Shown here piece after piece: positions 29,131 through 38,613 of a stretch of DNA of 64,000 nucleotides; within the stretch, counting starts at the first letter, position 1, and every line of letters begins with the position of its first letter. The stretch is from Candidatus Kaiserbacteria bacterium (GTDB lineage: Bacteria; Patescibacteriota; Minisyncoccia; Phycocordibacterales; UBA2100), in the NCBI GenBank assembly GCA_016214605.1, contig JACROD010000012.1:57-64056 (forward strand). Direction: 5' to 3'. The notes below the pieces were generated by a model. It saw only the letters and a list, made by a program, of their open reading frames with translations. It searched no databases and was not told where the DNA came from. Both the position numbers and the translations under genes were made by a program.

Positions 29131-30387
29131 ATGTCTGTACGATATCCAGAACGTTTGCTTTCTGTGCGTTTCGTTATGGCGGCCACTATTCTTGTGGCGG
29201 TAGTCGGCTTCGGCACCGGATTTCTCGCGGGTCATTCGGCTTTGGTGCGCGGCAGCAGCATTTTGTCATCAGAGGATTCAATGCCGCAGGATGTGGATTT
29301 TGCAGCGGTATGGAAGGCGTGGCACATTATCAACGACAATTTCGTCCCAGCCGCCGTGGCTACTTCGACACCCATTGCGACCACGACCGCAGATCTCAAT
29401 CAGCAAAAGGTGTATGGCATGATCGGCGGTCTTGCCGCGTCGCTCAATGATCCGTACACGTTTTTCCTGCCGCCCGTCCAAAACACGCAGTTCGCTTCCG
29501 ACATGAGCGGTGCTTTCGAAGGGGTGGGCATGGAGATCGACGTCAAAGACGGCGTGCTCACCGTAGTCTCTCCGCTCAAAGGCACCCCTGCCGAGAAGTC
29601 GGGGATCAGATCGAGCGATATAATACTCAAGATCGACGGCGTATCGACCGAGGGAATGGATGTCTCTAATGCCGTCAAACACATCCGTGGCCCCAAGGGG
29701 TCTACCGTCGTGCTCACGGTATTGCGCAGCGGATGGGATGAACCGCGTGAGATCAAGATTATCCGCGATGTGATCAATGTGCCGGTTGTCACGACGACCG
29801 AGCGCGACGATGGCATTTTCGTGATCCAGGTCGCGACCTTTACTGCCAATGCTCCCGATCTCTTTCGTGCAGGATTGCGCGAGTTCGTCACCTCAGGGAA
29901 ATCAAAACTCATCCTCGATCTGCGTGGCAATCCCGGCGGATATCTCGACGGAGCGGTCAATATCGGAAGTTGGTTCTTGCCTTCAGGTGCAGTGATCGTC
30001 ACTGAGGATTATGCGGGACATGCGGCAAACGTTGTACATCGGTCGCTCGGGTACAATGTTTTCAACAAGAATCTCAAGATGGTTGTTCTCGTCGACAAAG
30101 GATCTGCCTCCGCCTCAGAAATATTGGCCGAAGCCCTGCGCTATCATGGAGTGGCAAAGATTGTCGGGACCAACACTTTCGGCAAGGGGGTCGTACAGGA
30201 GCTTTTCCCGATCACCGATGATACCTCTCTCAAGGTCACTGTCGCACGCTGGCTCGGCCCCGACGGCATCCAGATCCCGCATGACGGCATCGTGCCCGAT
30301 ATCATGTCGACCACGACCGAAGAATTCATCAAAGCAAAAAAGGATGTGCAAATGGAAAAGGCGGTTGAGGTGTTGAATAAGATGTAA
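29131..30387 (+). CDS. ctpA: S41 carboxyl-terminal processing protease
   Basis: LNDPYT, GVGMEI PDZ domain, DLRGNPGG, SASASEI, TFGKG. Confidence 0.93.
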   Translation: MSVRYPERLLSVRFVMAATILVAVVGFGTGFLAGHSALVRGSSILSSEDSMPQDVDFAAVWKAWHIINDNFVPAAVATSTPIATTTADLNQQKVYGMIGGLAASLNDPYTFFLPPVQNTQFASDMSGAFEGVGMEIDVKDGVLTVVSPLKGTPAEKSGIRSSDIILKIDGVSTEGMDVSNAVKHIRGPKGSTVVLTVLRSGWDEPREIKIIRDVINVPVVTTTERDDGIFVIQVATFTANAPDLFRAGLREFVTSGKSKLILDLRGNPGGYLDGAVNIGSWFLPSGAVIVTEDYAGHAANVVHRSLGYNVFNKNLKMVVLVDKGSASASEILAEALRYHGVAKIVGTNTFGKGVVQELFPITDDTSLKVTVARWLGPDGIQIPHDGIVPDIMSTTTEEFIKAKKDVQMEKAVEVLNKM

Positions 30388-30439
30388 TTTTGTGGGACTT
30401 CCTTTTGCGTTCGTTCGATTAGTGAAGTAGGATGGGCAT

Positions 30440-30883
30440 ATGAAGGTCATTTTTATCAAAGACGTGGCGCGGGTAGGCCAGCGCGGGCAGGCCAAGGAGG
30501 TCAATGACGGCTACGCGCTCAATTTTCTCATCCCGCAGGGGCTCGCCGAGCAGGCCACTCCCGCCAAGATCGCTGCCTGGGACGAGCGCCAAAAAGTCGA
30601 GGCCAAGCAGGTCGCCGAGCGCGAAGCAGGGTGGGCGCAGGCACTCGCGAAGCTCAAGGGGGCGAAGGTCACGGTCTCTGCCAAGGGCAATGAAAAAGGC
30701 CACCTCTTTACCAAGCTACCGGTGAGCTCAATCGCTGATGCAATCAAAAAAGAGCACAGTATCGATTTGCCCAAGGATGCGATCACCATGAAGACACAGA
30801 TCAAAGATTTTGGAGAGTTTTCCGCAGAGATCAAACTTGGACAAAAAACCGTCGCGATCATCGTGGAAGTCGTGAAGACTTAG
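30440..30883 (+). CDS. rplI: 50S ribosomal protein L9
   Basis: [26 protein letters not shown]. Confidence 0.96.
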   Translation: MKVIFIKDVARVGQRGQAKEVNDGYALNFLIPQGLAEQATPAKIAAWDERQKVEAKQVAEREAGWAQALAKLKGAKVTVSAKGNEKGHLFTKLPVSSIADAIKKEHSIDLPKDAITMKTQIKDFGEFSAEIKLGQKTVAIIVEVVKT

Positions 30884-31901
30884 ACACCTAATATTTTAGT
30901 GGCGGTCGAGAGCCCGCTCGCGAGCGCGCCTTCGACGGTCGCGGTCTCTTTACCTTCGTAGAGTGCCTCGCCGGCGAAAAAGATCGTGCCGAAGACCGGC
31001 TTCAATATCTCCGCACGAGCGGCATGCGACGCGGGAGTGGTATAGCTGTAGGCGCCGCGCGCATACGGGTCGGCCGGCCAGTTGGCGATCATTGGCCTGA
31101 CGAGGTTTTGATACAGTGTATCGACGGGCACCTTGAAAATAGTCAAAAGCGAATTCATCGCCATATCCAAGATGTCGCCATCCGATCTGCCCATGAGCTT
31201 TTCCGCATGAGGACCGGCGATCCAGCCGGTGAGTATGGGGTAGGGGAGCGGGTATTGGGTCCACCAAGTGCGGATCTCTCCGTCGGAGAACATAAAATCC
31301 ATCTCGGTAAAATCTTTGCCGAGTGTATTGGTCCACCACTGATCTTTGAATCGCAGGAGAATCTTGATCACTCCGCCAGATCCCATTTTTGATGCGGCGT
31401 AAAGCTTTTCCGGGATCGGTGGGACAAAGATAATGCCTGAGAGGATGGGTTGGCGGCATCGAATCCCTTGACCATCTCTATGATCGCTTTGTGGAGAAGG
31501 TCGTATTGTTCGCCTGGAAAATTCTTTTCCAAGAACTCCGAGATCGACATATCGTGATCCAGTGCGCGCAGCTTTTCATGCAGGAGGTCCTGATCGGGGA
31601 TGACCTGGTCGTTGATCGTAAAATTTCTATCGCGCGAGCTCCACATGTCGCCATGCGTCTCTATGAGGGTCATGCCCGCCGCTGCTACGAGCGATTTGGT
31701 CACCGGAGCGTCGCCATGGACGAATTCCGCGCCAGCTTGCGCGGGTATGCCGAAGTCTTCGAGCGAGAGCGGCCAGATGCGGCCGCCGATGCGATCGCGC
31801 GCTTCGAGCACGATCACACGCCTGCCCGCCTTGCCGAGCTCGCATGCCGCCATGAGGCCGGATGCTCCCGCGCCGACTACGATGATAGTCTCTCGTCCCA
31901 T
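30880..31901 (-). pseudogene. Flavin-dependent amine oxidase family gene with internal deletion and frameshift
   Basis: N half has GAGASGL..LEARDRIGGRI..GAEFVHG; C half has W..DPYARGAYS..FFAGEA..TVEGALASG in another frame; junction near 31445-31452; the middle segment appears missing. Confidence 0.8.
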
Positions 31902-31938
31902 GGCTTCATGATATCCGAATGAGCCCGTTTATTAAAAC

Positions 31939-31970
31939 AAAACAAGGCGCACGAATGTGCGCCTTGTTTT
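31939..31970 (-). terminator. Terminator of rpmA
   Basis: AAAACAAGGCGCAC-GAAT-GTGCGCCTTGTTTT. Confidence 0.8.
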
Positions 31971-31987
31971 GAGAAGAAAAATTTTAT

Positions 31988-32260
31988 TTAAACAACCTCG
32001 ACGATCTGGCGGCGGACGATCTGCCCGTCGTAGTTGGTCTTGCGCTTGGAGTGGAAACGCACGATACCCTCGCTCAAGGCGAAGAGCGTGTGATCCTTGC
32101 CGATGCCGATATTCTTGCCGGCCATGATAGCCGTGCCGCGCTGGCGGACGATGACCTCACCCGTCGCTACCTTTTGACCGTCGGCGCGTTTGACGCCGAG
32201 ATACTTCGGATTCGAATCGCGTAGGTTTTTGGCTGAGCCACCTGCTTTTGTATGTGCCAT
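31988..32260 (-). CDS. rpmA: 50S ribosomal protein L27
   Basis: [40 protein letters not shown]. Confidence 0.98.
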   Translation of the reverse strand: MAHTKAGGSAKNLRDSNPKYLGVKRADGQKVATGEVIVRQRGTAIMAGKNIGIGKDHTLFALSEGIVRFHSKRKTNYDGQIVRRQIVEVV

Positions 32261-32289
32261 AGAGTGTTATTTTTGGTATCATGCCCGCC

Positions 32290-32679
32290 ATGTCGGGACT
32301 CATGAGTAGGAAGAATATACAGGATTTCTTTGCCAAATGCAAGGATCTCCTGGAGGAGGGGATCGGGGAATGGGGGCTTTTTGCCATTATCCTCCTGGTC
32401 GCCCTATCGGCCTTTGGTTTGGGCCGTTTATCGGCTCTACAGAGCTCTCGGCCGGCCGTCTCGATCACAGAGGCTCCGAGCCTAGCCAAGCCGCGGGGAA
32501 TGTATAAAGGAGGTCAATATGTGGCCTCTCGCACCGGTACGACCTACTACTACCCCTGGTGCGGCGGGGCCCAAAATATCGCCCCAGAAGCCCAGGTCTG
32601 GTTTAAGACCCAGGAGGCCGCCCAGAAGGCTGGCTACCGGCCCGCCAAGAACTGCAAAGGTTTGGTAAATAATCCGTAA
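32290..32679 (+). CDS. Membrane-anchored Ada metal-binding-like domain protein
   Basis: TM helix with FGLGRLS; YVASRTGTTYYYPWC..WF..EAAQKAGYRPAKNC. Confidence 0.75.
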   Translation: MSGLMSRKNIQDFFAKCKDLLEEGIGEWGLFAIILLVALSAFGLGRLSALQSSRPAVSITEAPSLAKPRGMYKGGQYVASRTGTTYYYPWCGGAQNIAPEAQVWFKTQEAAQKAGYRPAKNCKGLVNNP

Positions 32680-32697
32680 TGGCCTATACTCCCGCCC

Positions 32698-35600
32698 ATG
32701 AGAGGTAAGCATTATTTGCCAATACTGATCGCCATGGCGATCATCACTTTTGCGTCATCAGTCCACGCCGACACACCCTGCAACGTCCCCGATCCCGTCA
32801 CGTACGGTTCTTTTTTCACCCCATACGAAGCGGACGAATACCAGCAAGGTCTGCTCACTCAGCACTTTCAAAACCAAACAGAATACCCCGGCTATCCACC
32901 CTTCAAGATCCGTTGGTCCTTTTTCGACGACGAGTGTCAGTTCGCAAATCAGCTGATCTTCGTCACTCCCGTCAGCTTTCCTCTCGACATCACCGATTGG
33001 AGCATTCGCTTCACATCAAGTACTCATTTCGATGTATGGGATGATGAACACGAAACGATCCTCACGTCGCAAGACATCGATCAGTACCCACCCTATACAA
33101 GGATCGAATTCACCCCGCTCCTTGGCGACAATATCAGTACACAAAGCTACCTCCGATCCCGTACGCTCAAGATCCAAGAAGACGGCCACACACCGATCTT
33201 GACCGGTACCTTGCCCAAGGATCCCGCATGTCCGTCAATGTCGGTGTATGGAAATATCTTCGATCCTGCATACGAGCACGCCGAATACATAGACGGCCTT
33301 CTGCGCGTACATGTGCGATTCACTACGATGACTTCTTCAGGTGGATTCATACGCACCAAGACACTCTCCGTACCGGCATCATGCGACAGAGACAGTCAAA
33401 TACCTCCTACGTCATGGAAGGGTGTCACTCCGCCGCCGCGCATGAAGTATTTCTCCTTCCGTATGACATCTCCTACGCATTGGGTCATGTGGAATGATGA
33501 GGCCGACACACCGGTATATTGCGACATGAGCCGCACCGATCCGTACGCTGATTTTGATCGAGGCTGCGAAGGTGATCTCGAACCGTCCGCATCGTACACA
33601 TCCTTCTATATGGATATTGGGAGTGGCTCGGTCGCGACACTCATCACGACACCTTTCCCGCCGGTGGAACGAGGCTGCACCGAGAACTGCAATTCAAATG
33701 TCCTTTTCCTGCCGGGGATTGAGGCGAGTCGGCTCTACCGGCCGCAGGTTGTGGGGGATCCGGATAAGCAATTGTGGGAGCCAGGCAACAATATCGACGT
33801 TCAAGAGTTGTACCTCAATCCCGATGGTTCGAGTGTACGTCCTGATGTGTACACAAAAGAAGGGGATGTGATCGATGAGAAGGTGTTCCCCGTACTCGGA
33901 GGCAACATATACAAATCATTCATTGATCGAATGAATACCCTCGAGAGTGACGGCAAGATCAACGATTGGGAAGCGGCCTCATACGACTGGCGCTTATCCC
34001 TCGATGATATCTTGCAGTATGGTCATCAGGTGGACGATCGTATATACTATTCCGGCGATTCGCGTGCGACCACTACACCTTACATCATTCAGGAACTACG
34101 TAGACTTGCGACCACCTCTCGTACCGGCAAAGTAACGATCATTGCACACTCCAACGGCGGTCTCGTCGGAAAAGCTCTCACCGAAGCACTCGGTCCCGAG
34201 GCCCCGCAGCTCATCGACCGAATCATATTCATCGCTGTGCCGCAGGCGGGAACGCCGATGGCACTACCGGCCGACTTGCACGGATACAAGCAAGCGTACC
34301 TCGGCGGCTTGGTACTCTCGCAACATACCGCACGCACGTTCGCTCAACATGCTCCCATGGCATACAATCTTTTACCTTCGGCCCCCTATTTCACCTATGT
34401 GGACGATCCTGTAGTTTCTTTTGATCCCCGTTTAACCGACTGGATCACAAGGTACGGATCCGTCATTCATTCCGCTCCATCCCTACATACGTTTCTCACC
34501 GACACGTACGGTCGTGTTGATCCTCAAACAGGCGATATCAATACCCCTATTCAGATGAGCGATACATTGCTTACTGTAGCCGAGAACACGCATACTGAGC
34601 TCGACAGCTGGACTCCACCCACAGGCGTCCAGCTTGTTCAAATCGCCGGATGGGGTGTCCCGACGACAGTGAGCGGCATCACCTACAAGCCACATGGTGC
34701 CGGTGTGACCTACGAAGCGGATACGACGATCGATGGTGACGGTACGGTCGTCGTACCGAGCGCATTGTGGACGAGCACGGAGACCGGGGCCGTGAATTAT
34801 TGGGTGGATTTGAAAGACTACAACAAACTTCTTAATCGCGTCACTAACCTCAGACTTAAAACCGATCATTCAAACATACTTGAAGTGTCGCCTTTGTTGG
34901 ATTTGATATCTAGCATCATTCAGCATTCAACGAGCACGGTGACACAATACATTTCTACCACTAATCCGGTTGCAGAGATCACAGACCACCAACTTCACTT
35001 TGCGCTCCATTCGCCGCTCACGCTCGACATGTACGATGATCAAGGCCGCCACACCGGCGTTTCCACGACCACCGGCGAGGTGGAAGAACAAATTCCCGGT
35101 ACCTACTACGCACAGTTCGGCGAAACCAAGCACATCTTCAGTGACGCGACTACTACGATGCATATCATGATGGAAGGCTATGACACCGGCACCTTCACCT
35201 TCAATGTCGACGAATTGGAGGGCGATACCCGCATCGCAAGCACCACTTTCCAGGATATTCCGACGACTGAAAACACTACGGTCACCTTGGATATACAGTC
35301 CGATATCACTACACTCTCGTCGATGAGTATAGACGTCAACAGCGACGGTGCAGTTGATCACATGCTCGTTCCCAAGCTGGATGGCATCGTTACTCTCGAT
35401 ACCACTCCGCCAGAGATACAGATCACCTTCGCCACTTCGACCAATGCCCTCAGGTTTATCGGCATTGACGACATGGGCACCACCACGGTCAGTGCGACAA
35501 TGACCTACCCAGTCCTCAAAAAACATCAAAGAGAGGCGAGGGGTATCGCTACTACCACGGTGACAGTGCGTGACCTGGCAGGGAATACCACGGTGCTCGT

Positions 35601-35952
35601 CTATACCGAGAAGCTTCCATCGCCGGAGAAACGCGATACCATCTCTCTCGAAGAGATCGCCTACAACGGCGCGACCACTACACTCTCCGACACCTCGGTC
35701 TCATACAAATGGCGCACCGACAAAAACGGCCTGTACAAGCTTTTCGCCGCGCATATCAAGACAAACGCAACGAGCACTGAATCCCACTATCGTCCCAAGA
35801 AAGACCAGACTGTCGTCATGACTAAGCCACATGATTTGGATGATACAGACGAAGATGACGATGTGGACAGTCGATCCGTTAAACAGAGATTACCTGGTAT
35901 GATTATTCCGTACTTGAGAACGGAGGAGGGGAGAGTGATTATCGGGTATTAG
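32698..35952 (+). CDS. Large secreted alpha/beta-hydrolase (LCAT/phospholipase-like)
   Basis: Signal peptide; VLFLPGIEASRL, YDWRLS, IIAHSNGGL, IAVPQAGTP, DGDGTV, DHSNIL; HSPLTLDMYD C-terminal module. Confidence 0.82.
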   Translation: MRGKHYLPILIAMAIITFASSVHADTPCNVPDPVTYGSFFTPYEADEYQQGLLTQHFQNQTEYPGYPPFKIRWSFFDDECQFANQLIFVTPVSFPLDITDWSIRFTSSTHFDVWDDEHETILTSQDIDQYPPYTRIEFTPLLGDNISTQSYLRSRTLKIQEDGHTPILTGTLPKDPACPSMSVYGNIFDPAYEHAEYIDGLLRVHVRFTTMTSSGGFIRTKTLSVPASCDRDSQIPPTSWKGVTPPPRMKYFSFRMTSPTHWVMWNDEADTPVYCDMSRTDPYADFDRGCEGDLEPSASYTSFYMDIGSGSVATLITTPFPPVERGCTENCNSNVLFLPGIEASRLYRPQVVGDPDKQLWEPGNNIDVQELYLNPDGSSVRPDVYTKEGDVIDEKVFPVLGGNIYKSFIDRMNTLESDGKINDWEAASYDWRLSLDDILQYGHQVDDRIYYSGDSRATTTPYIIQELRRLATTSRTGKVTIIAHSNGGLVGKALTEALGPEAPQLIDRIIFIAVPQAGTPMALPADLHGYKQAYLGGLVLSQHTARTFAQHAPMAYNLLPSAPYFTYVDDPVVSFDPRLTDWITRYGSVIHSAPSLHTFLTDTYGRVDPQTGDINTPIQMSDTLLTVAENTHTELDSWTPPTGVQLVQIAGWGVPTTVSGITYKPHGAGVTYEADTTIDGDGTVVVPSALWTSTETGAVNYWVDLKDYNKLLNRVTNLRLKTDHSNILEVSPLLDLISSIIQHSTSTVTQYISTTNPVAEITDHQLHFALHSPLTLDMYDDQGRHTGVSTTTGEVEEQIPGTYYAQFGETKHIFSDATTTMHIMMEGYDTGTFTFNVDELEGDTRIASTTFQDIPTTENTTVTLDIQSDITTLSSMSIDVNSDGAVDHMLVPKLDGIVTLDTTPPEIQITFATSTNALRFIGIDDMGTTTVSATMTYPVLKKHQREARGIATTTVTVRDLAGNTTVLVYTEKLPSPEKRDTISLEEIAYNGATTTLSDTSVSYKWRTDKNGLYKLFAAHIKTNATSTESHYRPKKDQTVVMTKPHDLDDTDEDDDVDSRSVKQRLPGMIIPYLRTEEGRVIIGY

Positions 35953-35963
35953 ATATTCTTCAT

Positions 35964-36362
35964 ATGATTAGCAAAAAAACAACACTGTTTATTGGTATCT
36001 TTGGAGGAATAATATTTTTGTTGGCACTGTATGCAACACAGATCGGTTTGTGTGCGGTTGTGAATCAATCCTGTTCGGAATTCTTCGACCCTATTACTGA
36101 AAATTTGATACCCTTTCTCCCTCTCTTCATCCTTTCCCTTATCACCTTCAAAATGCGCGATGAAGTCTACCGGACATGGTTCCGTTTCGCTCGATGGTGG
36201 ATCCCGTTTTCCATCATGCTCATCTTCATTTCTCCCGAATACAGTGTTGATCAAATGTTTCGTATTGAAAAGGGAAGTGTGGCGCTCCTTACATCGGCGC
36301 TCTTCTCCACCATCTCCCTCATCATTGTCACGTGGAAATACTCCGTTACGCGGAAGAAATAA
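35964..36362 (+). CDS. Small multi-pass membrane protein
   Basis: About four TM helices; W.RFARWW.P motif; 11 nt after the hydrolase gene. Confidence 0.7.
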   Translation: MISKKTTLFIGIFGGIIFLLALYATQIGLCAVVNQSCSEFFDPITENLIPFLPLFILSLITFKMRDEVYRTWFRFARWWIPFSIMLIFISPEYSVDQMFRIEKGSVALLTSALFSTISLIIVTWKYSVTRKK

Positions 36363-36365
36363 TAT

Positions 36366-36968
36366 ATGCTCGTCGTCGATGTCGAAGCCTCAGGGACAGA
36401 ATCTTGGAAGCACTCCATCGTCTCTGTCGGTGCGCTCGATCTGATGCATCCGGAGAATCGTTTTTACGAGGAATGCCGCATATGGGATGGGGCACACATC
36501 ATGGATGAGGCGCTCAAGGTCAACGGTTTCACCCGCGAGCAGATCCTCGATCCCCAGAAGCAGACCGAGGGCGACCTCGCGCACGCTTTTCTCGATTGGA
36601 GCAAAGATCTAGCGGATCGCACGCTTGCCGGGCAAAACGTCTCTTTTGATCGGGATTTTCTCAAGGCTGCCAGTGCACGCGCCGGCCACACCGAATGGAC
36701 GTTTGCTTACCGTACGATCGACACTCACACACTCTGCTGGATGCACATGATCAATCACGGGATCCAGCCGCCTATAGATCCCAAACATCACCGATCCGCG
36801 CTCAATCTCGATGCGGTCATGAATTATTGCGGCATACCCGATGAGCCCGAGCCGCACAATGCGCTTACCGGCGCACTCTCGCACGCCGAGGTGATTTCGC
36901 GTCTCCTCTACGACAAAAAGCTCCTACCCGAGTTTGAACAGTTTCAGATCCCGTGGAAGTCTCACTAA
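36366..36968 (+). CDS. DEDDh 3'-5' exonuclease
   Basis: VVDVEASG, AGQNVSFDRDFL, IDTH, HNALTGA. Confidence 0.85.
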   Translation: MLVVDVEASGTESWKHSIVSVGALDLMHPENRFYEECRIWDGAHIMDEALKVNGFTREQILDPQKQTEGDLAHAFLDWSKDLADRTLAGQNVSFDRDFLKAASARAGHTEWTFAYRTIDTHTLCWMHMINHGIQPPIDPKHHRSALNLDAVMNYCGIPDEPEPHNALTGALSHAEVISRLLYDKKLLPEFEQFQIPWKSH

Positions 36969-37057
36969 GGGTTTGACCCTGGCGCAAGGGCACACTATCA
37001 TTCATGGCAGAGTTGGACGGCGTTGATCGCGGTCCTGTTTGATTCGATAGATGAAGG

Positions 37058-37297
37058 GTGAACGTGATGCGGAAATCATTCCTCTCTGTTTGTGCCATGT
37101 TTTTCTTCGCCATTACACTCCTTGCGGTGAGTACGGCGATGATCGCCGGGGCCTCAATGTGCGCGAGTATATTTGGTGGTGACCTCACGTCCGCGGGTGC
37201 TTCGTTTAAGGTATTTTTCGTCGCGGTCGTCGTGATCGGCATAAGCTACCACCTTGCCCGGAAATGTGACAATGAGACCAACCCGCCTCTGCTTTGA
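37058..37297 (+). CDS. Small membrane protein
   Basis: Two TM helices; upstream TTGACC promoter-like sequence; hairpin at about 37325-37347. Confidence 0.55.
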   Translation: MNVMRKSFLSVCAMFFFAITLLAVSTAMIAGASMCASIFGGDLTSAGASFKVFFVAVVVIGISYHLARKCDNETNPPLL

Positions 37298-37365
37298 AGA
37301 TGATGATCTGCTGATCAGATAAAAAAAGAGCGCCCAAGGGCGCTCTTGAAGTTTGGGGAGATATT

Positions 37366-37656
37366 ATGTGGGAACTACCGTACGATAGACAAGGACGCCA
37401 TAGGTGGTATTTTTGTTTGAGTACAACCGATCAATTCCTACGGATCGAAAGGATGACTTCAATGGAAGCTCTAAAAGAACTCGGCAGATTGATCATTGCT
37501 GGCACCGGCGTTGTGGCGATCTTAGTCCTTGTTGTGTCAGACATATTCCTTACGGTGCACCTGCAGCGCGGACAACCGGTGGTGATCGATATCGTATTCG
37601 TTATCGCTTCCGCATTGGTCCTGACTGTAGTCGGCCTGCTGGTTTGGAAGAAATAG
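37366..37656 (+). CDS. Small membrane protein (start uncertain, possibly 37453)
   Basis: Two TM helices; GGGGAG SD; terminator GAAAGCCGTC-CAGATGT-GACGGCTTTC-TTTT downstream. Confidence 0.55.
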   Translation: MWELPYDRQGRHRWYFCLSTTDQFLRIERMTSMEALKELGRLIIAGTGVVAILVLVVSDIFLTVHLQRGQPVVIDIVFVIASALVLTVVGLLVWKK

Positions 37657-37939
37657 ATCTCTGTGTTTGAAAGTTGAAAGCCGTCCAGATGTGACGGCTT
37701 TCTTTTTTAATAAAAAAAGAGGGGAGAGGTGAGGGGAGTTTTTACCCCTTTTCCCTGCTTCCTAAAATAGGACCCCTACCCCGGTGGGGGAGCGGAAAGG
37801 GCCTCCCCGGTTTTTTAGCGCGATCCTTTTTATACCGACGTGAGCCGATAAAGATATTTCCGAAATATTTTTTGAGGAGGCCAACAAAAAAGAGGGGGTA
37901 GACAACAAATCTCGGGAAGTGTTGTAATGATCTCGGCCC

Positions 37940-37948
37940 TGTGGATAA
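37940..37948 (-). promoter_or_regulatory. Perfect DnaA box
   Basis: TGTGGATAA within a ~650-bp non-coding region. Confidence 0.45.
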
Positions 37949-37962
37949 CTTCTATAGGTAAC

Positions 37963-38070
37963 GTCGCACAATATATCTTTTGCGACACATCGCTAGGGCG
38001 CAATGTCGCAAAAGATACGCCACAATGTGCAACGCAGTCTTCTTCGAAGAATACATCGCACAATGTGGCG
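37963..38070. repeat. Cluster of TCGCACAA/TGCGAC-type inverted repeats
   Basis: TATCTTTTGCGACA 37974-37987 / TGTCGCAAAAGATA 38004-38017; CGCCACAATGTGC 38018-38030 / GCACAATGTGGCG 38058-38070. Confidence 0.75.
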
Positions 38071-38113
38071 CAGTCCCGAGTGCATGCCATTACTTTGCTC
38101 ATATCGCATTTTA

Positions 38114-38229
38114 GGACCTCTGGCTTCCCCGGACCTCGGGTCGGCTCTTTTTGGTCCGGGGGCTCTCCGAGCCTCCCGGACCTGATACTAGGTATGGGTC
38201 CAAACGGCCAGAGGCCCGTATAGGGCCTC
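38114..38229. ncRNA. Candidate structured RNA (unassigned multi-branch fold)
   Basis: CCTCTGGC/GCCAGAGG closing stem around CCCCGGACC/GGTCCGGGG, GGCTC/GAGCC and GGACC..ATAC/GTAT..GGTCC stems. Confidence 0.35.
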
Positions 38230-38246
38230 AAAAAATTGCCGAGATC

Positions 38247-38265
38247 AGGGAAGTCGGACTTCCCT
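38247..38265. repeat. REP-like palindrome
   Basis: AGGGAAGTCGGACTTCCCT; a degenerate copy lies at 39384-39404. Confidence 0.7.
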
Positions 38266-38288
38266 CTTTTTTGATCTAACCGGGGGAG

Positions 38289-38326
38289 TCAAAAATAATG
38301 ACCTCGATCGAGGTCATTATTTTTGA
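38289..38326. repeat. Perfect 38-bp palindrome
   Basis: TCAAAAATAATGACCTCGA|TCGAGGTCATTATTTTTGA. Confidence 0.9.
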
Positions 38327-38599
38327 TTATTTATTTTGGATCGGGCTTTTCATTGGCTCGTCGGGCAGACTACCTTCGATCTGTACGCCGTTGGCTTTTT
38401 CGAATTCTTCGATCTGACGGAGGATCATCCGGCCGAGCCGTTTTGCGAATACGAGATTTGTGGCAAAGACATCCGAATGCTGGCCCGAACGAAATGCGAG
38501 ATAAAACGCGCCTTCTCGGATCTGGAGCGAGAACATCTCCGGATAGGTGCGGGCTCCGGTGTGGGTCGTCTCAAAAGGATTTTGGTCTTGATTGGGCAT
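38327..38599 (-). CDS. DUF3467-like small protein
   Basis: Y..F..F.LAF..AKRL..L..IEEFE..G.I pattern. Confidence 0.55.
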   Translation of the reverse strand: MPNQDQNPFETTHTGARTYPEMFSLQIREGAFYLAFRSGQHSDVFATNLVFAKRLGRMILRQIEEFEKANGVQIEGSLPDEPMKSPIQNK

Positions 38600-38613
38600 G
38601 GTCCAAGTATACC

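Noticed and set aside
20189-37779. 12-bp inverted match GTAGGGGTCCTA (20189-20200) / TAGGACCCCTAC (37768-37779)
   Set aside because: Many 12-bp matches are expected by chance in 64 kb; no supporting structure.
38165-38190. SRP RNA (minus-strand TCAGGTCCGGGAGG)
   Set aside because: The required downstream AAGCAGC and the long SRP hairpin are absent.
37700-38326. oriC or dif call
   Set aside because: Only one perfect DnaA box, no dnaA/dnaN nearby, no recognisable dif; gene orientation flips several more times in the window.
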